The notes under the pieces are model-generated. The model did not search any database and had not been told where the DNA came from. It worked only from the letters and a program-made list of their open reading frames with translations. The translations under genes and the position numbers were made by a program. Below, one piece after another: positions 49,409-62,479 of a stretch of DNA of 64,000 bases. Within the stretch, counting starts at the first letter, position 1. Every line of letters starts with the position of its first letter. This stretch comes from Mobula birostris (lineage: Eukaryota): assembly GCF_030028105.1 (NCBI RefSeq), contig NC_092377.1:83606569-83670568 (forward strand). Reading direction: 5' to 3'.

Positions 49409-50608
49409 GGGTATACCTCAGTGAGCAACATGAATGCGGGGATTGGAATGAACAGCATGAACACTTACATGAGTATGTCTGCAATGGGTACCACAGCCAA
49501 CATGACAGCGGGATCCATGAACATGTCTTATGTGGGCACCGGCATGAGCCCGGCAATGACTGGCATGTCTCCTGGAGCAGGGGCAATGAACGGCATGGGA
49601 GCCGGGATGGCGGCCCTTAGCCCAAGCATGAGTCCAATAAGCGCTCAGGCCGGATCTATGAACGCCCTGACTTCTTACACCAATATGAGCATGAGCCCGA
49701 TATATGGTCAATCCAATCTTAACAGATCCAGGGACCCCAAGACCTACCGCCGTAGTTATACCCACGCAAAACCGCCTTACTCTTACATCTCCCTCATTAC
49801 CATGGCCATCCAGCAATCTCCCAGCAAGATGTTGACCCTGAGTGAAATCTATCAGTGGATAATGGATCTTTTCCCTTTCTACCGTCAGAACCAGCAGCGC
49901 TGGCAGAACTCCATCCGTCACTCTCTGTCCTTCAACGATTGCTTCCTTAAGGTGCCTAGGTCCCCGGACAAGCCGGGCAAGGGCTCATTCTGGACCCTGC
50001 ACCCCGACTCTGGCAATATGTTCGAGAATGGTTGCTACCTGCGGAGGCAGAAGCGCTTCAAGTGCGAGAAGAAGCAAGCGCTTAAAAACTCCCAGGATCC
50101 CAACAGGAAAACATCGGAGACGGGCTCCACTGGTAGTGGCGGCAGCAGCTCGGAGAGCAGTACCGGCAATGAATCCCCGCATTCAAGCGGCTCTCCGGGC
50201 AGCGAGCAGAAGAGGTCCATGATGGATCTGAAGCCAAGCTCGGCTCTCAGCCCGGAGCACACTCATGCCAGCAACGCGGTGTCGCAAGCTCAGCAACACT
50301 TGATGCACCACCAGCACCACTCGGTTCTGTCTCACATCCCTTCGGAAGCCCAGGGTCACCTTAAGGCGGATCACCACTACTCGTTCAACCACCCGTTCTC
50401 AATCAACAACTTAATGTCTTCCGAGCAACAGCACCACAAAATGGACTTGAAGGCTTACGAACAGGTGATGCATTATTCGAATTATAACTCCCCAATGTCC
50501 GCCAATCTACCAATGACCTCCAAATCGGTCCTAGACTCCTCGGCTATAGCGAGCGACACGTCCTACTACCAAGGTGTGTATTCAAGACCTATTATGAACT
50601 CCTCTTAA
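49409..50608 (+). CDS. foxa2: Forkhead box protein A2 (HNF3-beta), second coding exon
   Basis: Polypyrimidine-AG acceptor then [11 protein letters not shown]; forkhead domain [16 protein letters not shown]...[15 protein letters not shown]...[13 protein letters not shown]; region [14 protein letters not shown]; region [17 protein letters not shown]; RRSYTH and MLGAVK distinguish it from FoxA1. Confidence 0.97.
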   Translation, partial: GYTSVSNMNAGIGMNSMNTYMSMSAMGTTANMTAGSMNMSYVGTGMSPAMTGMSPGAGAMNGMGAGMAALSPSMSPISAQAGSMNALTSYTNMSMSPIYGQSNLNRSRDPKTYRRSYTHAKPPYSYISLITMAIQQSPSKMLTLSEIYQWIMDLFPFYRQNQQRWQNSIRHSLSFNDCFLKVPRSPDKPGKGSFWTLHPDSGNMFENGCYLRRQKRFKCEKKQALKNSQDPNRKTSETGSTGSGGSSSESSTGNESPHSSGSPGSEQKRSMMDLKPSSALSPEHTHASNAVSQAQQHLMHHQHHSVLSHIPSEAQGHLKADHHYSFNHPFSINNLMSSEQQHHKMDLKAYEQVMHYSNYNSPMSANLPMTSKSVLDSSAIASDTSYYQGVYSRPIMNSS

Positions 50609-51388
50609 AAATATTTCCACGCACATAAGGACTTTGCCAACTGTGTATATTTGTAATAATAATTAAAAAAAACATCGTTTGTGGCCAAGCATTCGAAAAA
50701 TATTTTTTATGTTTTCAACCTGTTAGATGTCAAGTTGTTTAGCGATATTTTTTTGTGAAGGGAGGGGACGAGTTGGATTGTATTGTGCGGGGAGCACCGG
50801 TTTAAATGTTTTGTTTTAAGTGCAGAGGGGTTCGGAATAAAGGCAACGTAACCATGATATTTCTGTGTACAGTTTTAAATGCACCGTGCAACTTTCCATT
50901 GACAAAACGTTTCCTTTTCAACAAAAAAAACCCTTCGAAGGAAGGTAGCTGCCATTTTAACAAAAAAAAGAATCTACAAGTAATTTATGGTTTGTGTATG
51001 CTTTATTTATGGCTTGTAAACGTCTGTTTTGGTAGTAGACTACCGAAGTTTCAGAATATATATTCGAAAGAAGTGTTAAGTGTTAGATGTACACAACTAA
51101 TTCTGTCAACTGCAGTGATAAGACTTCTCGCTGACCCGTTAGCTCCCTTAAGCGAAAAGTTTTAATTGTTCACAAATTGTTGCACTTTTGGTAATTTCCC
51201 GTGATCCTGGGAGCCGGCGACTTCATAATTCCCATTTTTGCTACACGACCTGAAAGTGACTTAATTTATTGTTAAAACTGTAGATTTTAGTACGGAGGAT
51301 TTTTTTTCTTCTGTTTTCCCTTGTAAGAAATTTTAAAAAAACTTTTCTCTTTCGCGTTGCAATGTTAACATTTTATAAAGACAAGTGT

Positions 51389-51408
51389 AATAAAAACACA
51401 CAAATAAA
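51389..51408 (+). terminator. Tandem polyadenylation signals, probable foxa2 3' end
   Basis: AATAAA at 51389 and 51403 after an AU-rich 3' UTR, with GT/T-rich sequence downstream. Confidence 0.55.
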
Positions 51409-53189
51409 CGAACATATTTTCCTCCGATATAACAATCTGTGATGCTTTTTTAAAGATTTGTTCGCACATTGTTCATACTATTCAATCCCATCTCATCAGG
51501 CGATGAAAACAAGATTTAAAAGGGATTTCCTTATCAATAAAACAACGTGGTTTCAATGCTCCAACGTTACGTACCAAAGAATTTGGCTCTCAAAAGTTAC
51601 TTTCAGCACTCAAATCGGATGTAAAAGTACGTTCGATGTTTCCTAATTTCATTTTTTCTTGTAAATCATACTGTCAGACGGTGCTAACCGGTTGATACCA
51701 GACCAAATAATCCCAGTTTTCGGGGTGACTGATGGAACCGCGTATCTTGCACTAAAAATGGACGGGGTCACCTCAATAGTCTGATGCCGAGAATTTTTGG
51801 TCGAATAACCTTGTGTTGTTCCATAGGTAAGAGGTTTTGTGTGGGTTTTTTTTGGAATTAGTGTTACAAGGGTTTTCTGTGTCGATCCTTATTTTTCCTG
51901 TCACGGTGCTGTTGCAACTAAGCAGTTTGGCGCCAGGTAAAGGGTTGGTCAGTCTGCTCTCTCTTGTCTTTGGTTCTGTTTTTTTAATGGCGAAGGTTTC
52001 CCAATCAGAGAAAGCGTTACCCCTCTTTCAGTGTAAAGGACATTTAAAAGGAATGTTTAACTTGCATAAATATAGAGAGCCAGTTAGTGTTGACTGACAG
52101 TTATGCTCCGTATTAATTCACGGCTAAATTTATATAAGCACGGTTTAACATTTGCTCTCCCAAGAAGCTACGCAATTGATACGCTACATCTGCTAATATT
52201 TTCATGCTTGCATGAGTGGAAATATGAAAAGCATATTAATGCTATTCCACCGCATTTAGAAAAGATGGTTATATTGGAATGAAAATCTTTATATTTTGGT
52301 ACACGCACAGTATCTGAACCTTTGAGATTCAGGTGATAATCGGGTTAGTTTCTATGGGCCTGATTGAATTCCCTACATCAGCTGAATGAGATCAGATATA
52401 ATTGCTTCATTAAATAGGGCCACTTAACCACAATGGACGTTCAAAAAACATAGCCGCAATTGAAAATGTTAACACAATATGCTGGATCTCGAAATCCCAT
52501 TATAATGTTGCTATTGTAGTCCCTATTAATTTAATTACGAAATGTTCGACTAATCTGGCAACTTTCTTATTTAAACTTGCTTTTTCCGTAATTCGGTAAC
52601 GTATCTTATGAGAGTGGGAGGCGTGAAATAATTTCAATTGTTAAAATTAAAATTACCTTTCCCGACATATCAAACAGCTTAAAATAAAGCTGCTAAATGG
52701 GTGATGGTTATCAATTTTGACCTCATGAAGTTCAGCTACATTAACTTAACTTGGGCTGCGCTTAATTAATATAGTTGTACTCCTATTAGGTAGAATTCTG
52801 GAGCTGGTATGAAATTCTAACTGAGGGACAGTCCTCTCTTATCTGTTTCATTCAATCTCTCGGCTGGCATCATTGTTGAGTAAGATATACGTTTGTCAGC
52901 TCGCGTCTTGATCTGCACTTATTTAGGCTGACGTGTAAATATGGTAGAAATGAAAACACCAAAGACTCAATTCATTTAAAAAAATGAAAATAAAGATTTG
53001 AATTACATCATCCGCAAATCCGGTGCTGGAAGCGAATATCCCATTTACGTCATCCTAGGCACCGTTCAAGATACAAATTGTATGGAATTGTATGATAGTA
53101 TATCAATGTTAATATATCAGTGTTTTGAACAAAACTGATGTCAGTTTGCAAAGCATCCAACAATTAGGTGGCATTACAAAAGTTTTTTT

Positions 53190-53290
53190 TTGCCCCGATG
53201 AAGGGTCTCAGCCCGAAACGTCGATTATTTATTCCTTTCCATAGGTGCTGCGTGACCTGCTGAGTTGCTCCAGCATTTTGTGTTTGATGT
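53190..53290 (+). mobile_element. Short Penelope-derived repeat with variant hammerhead motif
   Basis: ccgatgaagggtctcagcccgaaacgtcgat...gacctgctgagttgctccagcattttgtgt. Confidence 0.7.
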
Positions 53291-54542
53291 TATTTTTTAA
53301 TTTTACAGCATTTTGCACGAGCTTATCCGTCGTGCCTCCTGAAGATTGGGGACAAAGCATAATATCAATTTAAGAAGCTAAAACATGTATATTTTAACAA
53401 ACGCACCTGATTTGGTTGGGGCCTTCCAACATAACACAAATTTTAGAGCAAAGATTTTAACGAACGCATCTAATTGGATTGGGGCCTTGCAATTTAACTC
53501 AAATTTCAATGCAACGATACAAGATCCAGGTCTACAGCAAGCTTCAGGAGGTCGCCTTAATCTCCCGGTTATTTCTACATGTTCAGTCTGTTCACCAAAT
53601 AAACGCATCTCAACCCCAAAGAACAAGACCTCGATCGGTGACGGCTACGTTTTATGCAAAGAGTAGAAGTCATGCCACAATACGCCTCGCAGTTGTTTCA
53701 ACCAACCCTAATTTCCCCAGTGAGACATTGCAAGCATTTTAAGGATATTAGACCTGTGATAATCGATGACTAGCTGCACACTTCCTTAGTAGACACTGCG
53801 ATGAATTTAAAAGGCACATCCTACAGCATTTGCCCTCGAAAGACCATCAAGAGAAAGCTCGGAAAATTCCTACTTTCCAGTGTATTAGGATTAGGTTTCA
53901 GAACCTTGCGTAAACTTAAGAAGTGGAATTAACAGTGGCGAATCTCAAAACTAAACAGTGAAAATGCAATGTTTTTTTAAAAAAAAGGTACTGGGTTAGA
54001 TTGCTGTCATTTTCCAATTCCGGATATGCTTTCCCACGCGCCAACGAAGTGTATGGCGTTCTATTCGACCAAAAATAACAACATTAAATCCCCTTCTAAT
54101 TCCACATTGTTCCAACACACCGTTGCAACTGCAATCGCCTAGGAACAACTTGTATCTCGCTCCAAGGACACACACGTCGCGAACCAACCATGAAATTTGT
54201 TTCATTATCACATAAAGGCCTCCCGGAGCGAGAAAGAATACGGCTAGAAATGAGCCAACACCGGCGACAAAGACATGTGAATGCGATGCTCTAACCTGCA
54301 TGTTCCACATCACAGGACCATTGTCAGGGGGTCGTTTTTAAACTACTTAAAAATGTCTCTCACTTCAATGATCCAGCAAGATAAGTTGCCGTATTACATC
54401 GAACTCTGACGCTGAACGATATAATTACACAGTGGGCAAGCTCAATAATTATAGGAGCAATATATACATACCCACGTATCATTTTAAATGGAGAAACGTT
54501 AGTAAAACACAACCACGCACACATTTTCACAAGTCAAAAGTA

Positions 54543-54554
54543 CGCGCGCGCGCG

Positions 54555-54612
<58 letters not shown>
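54543..54612. repeat. (CG)10(CA)25 alternating purine-pyrimidine tract
   Basis: Direct sequence. Confidence 0.95.
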
Positions 54613-54614
<2 letters not shown>

Positions 54615-57524
54615 TATACACATACACAGGCGTGTTCATTTACAAGAACCCATGCGCTGCCATTTATCATAGGTTCCAATATTAAAGACTTTCAGTGTTT
54701 TCGATTCTGTTCTATCCACGTTCTGTTCATTATATGCTGATTTTAATAATCATATTAATAATCATGTTACATGTGGTCGGTAAATACATCGGTTAAAGTA
54801 AATACGAAAACCTACTTTCTACTGCACGTCACACTTCAATCAGTTTCCACAGGTATCCGTTATTTTCTAATTTTTCGTGCAATGTGTTTAAAGGAATTTT
54901 ATGACACCGATCAATATCTTAGTAAAATAATCATTTTGGTCCTAGACGGGCAGTGAAATCTTTGCTTTGTGCTAAAGTCAACACTGGCTGTGTTGAGCTC
55001 AAATAATCCAGCATTGCTTCGACTTCTTTACAGTCAGAACGCAGCTCCATGAGTTGGACTGTCGTCGTGGTTGGATCCACAAGTTCCAGGTACGTTATCT
55101 GCAAAATGCACGTTCATTTAAGGTTTTAAAAATATCCCAGCTAATATCGAATAAACTGATCCTAAATCTCTCTCGGCATTGTCAGCTATTCGAACGAACT
55201 ATTATTGCTGAAATTTATGTAGATTGTGAGTGGAAAGCGATATGATGGGTCTAGCTATTGAATTAAGATCGTAACTGAAAATAACATTTTCTATTTTATT
55301 CTGCTTTTTTGTTTGTTTTAATAGGATTTGTGATCAAATTGAAATCAAATGCAACGAACCATTCAATGTGCATTCAATAAACGTGTTCGCATCTTCGCTT
55401 GCAACACGATGCTTTCAATTTGATGGCAGCCAAGTATTACATTTGTCTGTGAGTCATGTAAATCAACTAAGTTACTTATTTTCGAAAGGAGTGCTATTCT
55501 CCTTTAATATGCTATTTGGGTCCCTAGTGCTTTTAAATAAAAATGAGCATACAATACTTCCATTGACATCTATAAATAGACAAACTTAATAACGAAAGGA
55601 TGCCCCTTTTAATTGGATTTAATAACTGAACAATGTTCACTCCTGAGAGTTAATGTTATCGAATTGAATCAAAAATAGACCCGGAATATATCAGGCAGAC
55701 ATAAAACTGTTAATGGAGGTCAGATAAATATATATAACGTTGGGTAGACAATTGGAATGAGATATATGGGTACAACTATTAGAAACAATGGAGATAGGAT
55801 GGATGCATAGATAATTGAAGATAACAGATTTTCAAGACATCCATCTTTTGGTGAATCGGCCAGTGATGCGAAATGCATTGTTTCAAGTAAGTGGCGCTCG
55901 GGGAATTGAAGATTGCTTTATCTGCGAACAATGCTCCGAGAATCATTTTAAAACCGATAAGGCAACTGTAGTTAGATAATGGTGAAGCAGAAAGCAACCC
56001 AGGAAGAGTATAGTAAAGATTGGGAAGACGGCTCCTGTTTGCCGATATGCGAGCGATATGGAGAGAACTTCAAATAACAAACAAATCGAATTTGTCTACT
56101 GCGTGATCGTCAGAGAAAACACGAGATCTAACTCTGACATCCCAAATCTTAAAATGCCGTTCCTTGACGAATGTATATTTTACGGCTGCATTTGAAAATA
56201 CAGACTCGAGAGTCTGGTGTCTCGCAGCGAAAACATAATAATCCGAAACGTCTGAATGTTTCTAATCCCCATTGTACTTCCGTTATTTATTCGCCGTTAA
56301 AGATGGTTTAAAATCTAGGAAGGAAATTAATTTGTTTGCTGGTGTACAGTGATTACAAAAGCTTTATTACAATGATTTATCAACATTGTTGGCTAATCAA
56401 TCCGTTGTTATCATGCACGGTTTCCATTTACTGCTTTGGGATAACAATATATTCGCTGCGATTACAATGCGAGCGCTAAAGTACGCTGTGTTTAATTTCT
56501 ACGTTGCAATATTGTTAGTCTGGAGTTTCTAAACAAAATTCGACAAGTTAGCCTCCAGGATGTTTGAACAGCCATCTCATTATTCACCGTTCTCTGAGAT
56601 ATCGTTTTGATTTATGTTTTTTAAAGTGATTAAAACGGCCGGTAGAATATAAAACTAATGTTTTCACCTGGAAAGCGCATGTAAACAGCGGCGTTGTCAC
56701 AGCAGGATTAAACATATATGGAAACCCATCAAACCAGAGTGAGATCCGTGGAAATCAATCCATACACAATAGGTCTGACCATATTAATCACACCAAAGCA
56801 ACGACACGGGCGCAAATGAAACCAACGGCATTCTCTTCCCTAAAATATTATCACTGCGCCACATTTTAATTTCTATAATGTTGCGTTGTCCGGTTGGAAG
56901 TAAATAAATGATAACGACAAGCGCGTTTACGTTATAACCATCTTGTAATAATATTGACAGTGGGTTCTCAAATGACGGATAAATAGGCAAATTTGCCTTT
57001 TAGTAATATATTACAGTACTTTATATTCGGAAACGAAACACACAGTTTATTTTAATGAGGCATTTTGGAACTTTGGTCAAGTATTCCCAAAAATCTAGAA
57101 TCAAATTTTATTTCAGTCAATCTAACGTTATAACAGGAATCCGGAACAGGGACAATAACCAGAACAAGATCCAACCAATCAGGGTGTTAGTTCTTCCACA
57201 AGCAAAACATTGCTTGTTCGCTTAATTACAGGATCGATTGAGATTGCACAGTTAAAGTTATCACAGGGTATGGGGTCGGAGCGAGCGGATTCAGGATACC
57301 TTTAAACACTGTCTCATTGGTGTTTAAGACAACAGGCCCACTCCTGTTCCCTAACAGCTGTTTACTGATATTTTGAGCATGGCAGTAGGCTCCTGGTCTA
57401 CCGGGCAGCAATGATCGCTATGCTCCTGCACGTTTCTGATACCGATTGCCACAGGCATCGAAGAGATGCCTCAATAATCGCCTCGCAAGTACCCTTCCCC
57501 TTTTCGCTAGAAAGCCTGCATCTA

Positions 57525-57800
57525 GCGTTTATTTATTTATCTATCTGCCGATTTATTTAGCGATAGAGCGCAGAGTAGACCCTTCCGGCGCTTCAACATA
57601 CGCTTCCCCAGCGTCCCCACAACCCCGATTAACCCTAAGCTAAACAGGGGCAATTTACAATGACCAATTAACCTACCGATACATCCTTAGACTGTGGGAG
57701 AAAACCGGAGCACCCGGGGAAAACCCAAGCATTCCACGGGGAGGACATGGAGACTCCATACAGATCGGCACCGGAATTGAACTCCGAACTCCGGAACGCC
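57525..57800 (-). mobile_element. V-SINE
   Basis: gaccaattaacctacc..gactgtgggagaaaaccggagcacccggggaaaaccc (reverse V-domain), ggaattgaact B-box, TTTA tail. Confidence 0.75.
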
Positions 57801-57814
57801 CTACCCCACCATTG

Positions 57815-58250
57815 GCTCCAATAGCTGCTTCCGATAAAACGGCCACATAGTTGGTATGACCAACATCAGATTACGGGAGCAAGCAACCCCGTTCTGAGCT
57901 TCGGCGACACTGAGAAAAATCACTAATGTTCTCAGAGTCTCCTTAAAAAGTGTGGATTTCCCCACGGACATTTCAGGGAATCCCTGGTACCCAAACACGA
58001 TCAAAATGGAAGAGGGGCATTCGAGACCACAGTTCCATTGATTGGGCACAAAGAAGCCCACAGTAAATGTCGGAAAGAGCCCCTGCATCTCCCAAACCGC
58101 CATATCGTCCGTTCTGCCGGTCATTTCCTGTCCTACTTGTTTCGTAGTCTGTGAATCCCGCATGGGCCTCATCAGTCAGTTCAGAACCCACAGAACCAGA
58201 ATCAGCCTAGGTCTCTAGGAAACCTCCCACATCTAGGAGGTCTGTCTACT
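57815..58250 (+). mobile_element. RTE-clade LINE 3' fragment
   Basis: Remnants LRVSLKKCGF, RSKWKRGIRD, SCPTCFVVCESRMGLISQFRTHRT. Confidence 0.6.
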
Positions 58251-59984
58251 TGGCTGTCTGTCTCTCTCTTAGTCTTTCTAAAAAAAAACTCCATATTCCA
58301 GCACCTACTGTTTCTTGTCTCTATGTCTGTCTGTCTATCTAAACATCTATCTCTCTATCGCCATTTGTAGCTATACTAGAATGCTATATGACATTTTCAA
58401 ACTTCCAGAGGGTGAATTTACGCCAGGAAACATATAATTAGTTTCTAAACCTCCGGCGGTATCGGACGACAGTAGAAATCTTGCCGTGTTTTCCCTCTCG
58501 TTTTCTATGGCACCCAAGTGTGATTTAACATGTCATATTTTTAATACATGACCACTTCTGTGCAGGACACGCTGAAAGGGTAATCGTTGTTAAATAATTA
58601 ATACAGTTCTATTCCTCTAGTAATGCGAGTCTTCGGATTTGTCAATTACTTGTCATTAAATGAGTGTATGCCCACGTACTTCATTTCACATCCTTTGACG
58701 GAGAATAACCTTTTGTGAAGCCCACTCCAGCTTTGAATTAAACACAACTGGCCTTTTGATATCTAAGTTCAAAGCAACCCGTTTTTCCACATTTAATAAC
58801 GCACCCACCCTCCGTTAACGTCGCAAATTTAACAGTAATATTTTGTGAGAACGGGGCGATTTAATTTTAAAACGATCTCCGATAATGAACAAAAGGTCAA
58901 TCGAATTTCGAAATAAATCTGGATAGAATCAAACACCGATCTTCTGAAGGAGGAACATATCTGATAGTGTAAAACTGCAGCAGTGAACTTGGGGTTCTAC
59001 TGAACAATTAACGTTACATTGTGTTTAACGTTGATAATATATATATTACGATTTTATTGGCCAAGCTTCTTTTCGGCCTAGGACCAAAGAACTTCTAATA
59101 CCTTTTGATGGGGATTGCATTAATTAGTCCAAAAGAAGAAAACAGAGGTAGTTCCCGGACAACGAAAAGAACAAAGTAATACCTTCAAAAGCAGAGTTAT
59201 TTCTTTTTTTAACCCTTCAATGCACTAAACAGAGAATTTCTGTCCAGACATATCTTGCAACCATGGTGCTAAGTGGAACAGAAAACGGGCTCTACGAAGA
59301 GCGGGTGTTTTTTTTTCCCTCTCTTTCGCGGAGAAGGGGTGGAGGAGTTTAATTAGGTTATAATGTGGCGGTATTTGTATCGGAGAGCAAATCCATTGGG
59401 GGCGGGGGAGGTGGAGCGCATTGTGAATCCCCATCCGATCCACAACATCAAATCTGCAGAGATTCTCACAGAAAGACTTGAAATGTCAGACGAGGCTCCA
59501 AAATGCCTTCGTTTAAGACTTGGTACATTATAGACGGTAAGCTCGGACGGTTTACTGTTGTCGTGGCAACACGACACAGCTACCGCCTATAATAGGGCCT
59601 GCTTGATCCGTTTACTTCTGCAGGGCAATTTAATTACATTTTGCACTAGTTACTTTATCTACATATAATTTGCAAATGTCGCAGCACATCTTTTTCTCTC
59701 TCACTTTCTCGCCTGGGTTCAAAGGCGTGAAATAGCAGCGACTTCAGTAAGAGGCCAAAACATTGAGACTCAATCTGTAAGTGTCTGCATCGGTATTATG
59801 GCCGGAGCTGCCTCATATCTTGCCCGCTCCAAACATTAAAGACTACAGAGCTAAAACTTAGTTTATTACCACTTTTAAAATCGCCCTTTGTGAAATTCAG
59901 AACAATCGATGGTCAATGGAGAGACAGGTTAAAAACAACATTTTACTGCCTTTTTTTTTCTACTACGGACGTCCAGTTTAAACC

Positions 59985-60220
59985 CGCTCCTCATAATTAA
60001 TTACAAATAAACGAGGAAATACAAGATCTTTGGAGGCTTTGCTCTCTTCTGCATGGTTATAAACAATTTTCTTCCACAACAATTTACAATGCTAAACTCG
60101 ACGTCAATAAAGTACTTCTGGTCTGTGAGCTTTGGAAGTTGGAACCAAGTTTGTAAAGTCGAATGGGTGATCTCGAATTTTAACTGGATAACCGTGCTCG
60201 GGAACACCCAAGTTGTGCAG
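59985..60220. promoter_or_regulatory. Candidate Shh/Gli-responsive foxa2 floor-plate enhancer
   Basis: GAACACCCA at 60202-60210, GATCACCCA (reverse) at 60164-60172, three ACAAT Sox cores, Fox sites, TAATTAATTA. Confidence 0.65.
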
Positions 60221-62479
60221 TCTCCCGGGAGACTGAGGGGAGACGAATCATACAAGCTGTAATTCCGCTTTAGCCTATTGCAGGGGTGGGGCAGTTCACA
60301 CTATACCGCATTAACTGGTCTTTCTTTTGAAATATTGCTAATCCTCTATCTGCTCAGCGGGAGCAGTCGTTAGTACACAGTACATTAAAACCGCGGCGAG
60401 GAAGCGGGACCTGCATTAGAACATCCAGCATTTTACATGCATTCTTCCCATTTTACACCCTTCACCATCCAGGAGGTTATCAGTCCACCACTTCCATTCG
60501 CCGCTGCGAAATTATGCATTTCTAATATCAATATCAATGAATTCTACAGTTACAACTTGGAGACACGCGTTAACGATGAAATGGCACCAGTTTCATTTCT
60601 CTTTTACTGTTTTAAAAATGCGTTTTTGTGTTTCAAAATAAAAAAACCTCGTTGATAATATTATCAATTACTTGATACATTTTTGTTTAATCGTAGCAGT
60701 TGACGCCGCTTTAAAATAGACTTATGGCCTTGTTTTGAGCATATCGAGCTTCAAATGCGCTTCGAATGCACCAGTGCATCGTGCCCCGCTAACTATACTT
60801 GACCTTTTGGTAATAAGGTAATTAAAGAGTAATTTTTTTGTGCAGAACGATAAATAGAACTATTAACGTCCTGACGACTTTAAAGAGAATCGTATAACAA
60901 AGGCGAGAAGGAAGAGAATGGAATTGAAAAAGAGAGTGCTTTAAATTAAAAATATTGAAATATTTCTTGTTTGTTTTAAACGCACCACAGTCTGAGATAG
61001 CGAAAATGTGGCCTGTAGCCTCAATGTGGGTGAAATGGGAATTGTTTAAAGAGTACTTCTAGTGATGAAAATTACAGTGAGATATCAATAGGCAGCACTT
61101 ATACAGATTCTGCACTGAACTCAACACACACTCTACATTGCTTTTTCTAAGTAATGATTACAATTTGCTTGTAGAGCGGCGGAATATGGCACAGCGCTAA
61201 TTTGTATATCTTATCTTCCTTTTAAGTTATGGCTTTTAATTGATAAGGTGGAAATAGGAACAGTTACATCTAAGTATTTATTGCTGCAGATATACAAAGA
61301 GCGACTGTTGCGATATTCTGCATATTGCAAATTTATAAGCTATGGTTTAACGGATGAAACCATAATTAAATGAATGAAACAATAACTATTTAAATACACT
61401 GTATTATTAACATTAAGGTGGACATTATTACCCCCTCCCCCACTATCACCGCCAATTTAAAAGACGATGGAAATACATATCACATGTGTTTTAGGTAAGC
61501 ATCATTACACCGATATCCAACGAAATTCCCCTTTTTTGGTTAAAGACCAAAGGATATTAGAAAGTGCTCGTTTCCATTTGCTGTGAGGGAGTTGATGGAT
61601 TATTTCGAGACCAGTTTATTGACCGTTTATTTCTGAGTTACTGGCGTTTGATTTGTCGCGGTTGCAGTCGGCCAGGGTAGCGGTGACGCCTCTGCTAGAA
61701 ATTGATAAAGAGAAATCAGCTTCACTCAACACTTCACTGCTAAACTGTATTCCTGACCAGCCACGTAACATCGTTTCCACGGGAAAATAATTGCAAGGCA
61801 TTTGATGGGTGGTGGTGGAGGGGGGTGGGGGGAGAGGAGGTTAGCGGCGTGTGTTAGGGATGCTCCTGGATGGTTTGAGAATTCAAGAATACTGTGCAGA
61901 TGCACTCTATTTTTAAGAACGGTATTACATGCAATTATTTCCATTCTTAACTTGGGAGTAATTCGTAAAACTTCACTGGTAATCTCACTTTCTCGGGTCT
62001 CCCTTCGATTTTGCGCTAATAGTTTATTTCGTTGTGGTGACGAAGCCCAGACTTGTGTACCATCAAACGTTTGCAATTAGGGATGGAATGGTTCATATTC
62101 ATTACTCTTATTTAACCGATTGGTCACGTTTTGGACGTGGTTTGTGTAAGCTTCTTAGAAATAATTTAATTTGCATGAGATACTAAATCTGAGCTCGGGT
62201 TTTGATACACTGTGCTGAGGATAAGAGCCTAGTAACGAACAGGTGGTGCGTTTGGCATGTGAATTCCTTTTGATATTTCTGCTTTTCTGGTGTGCAAAGC
62301 TTGGCTGCTGTTCAGTTTCGATGTTGCCACATTAAAACTGCACCATGCAAATAGTGTCACGATTAGATACAGATACACGCTGATGTAGACTGTGTTTGGG
62401 AGTGCGTGAACTAGTCCTGCGTTGGGGTGCATATTGTGTCAGGGACTATTGTCCCTCTGTTTAATTGTATTAATGCGTG

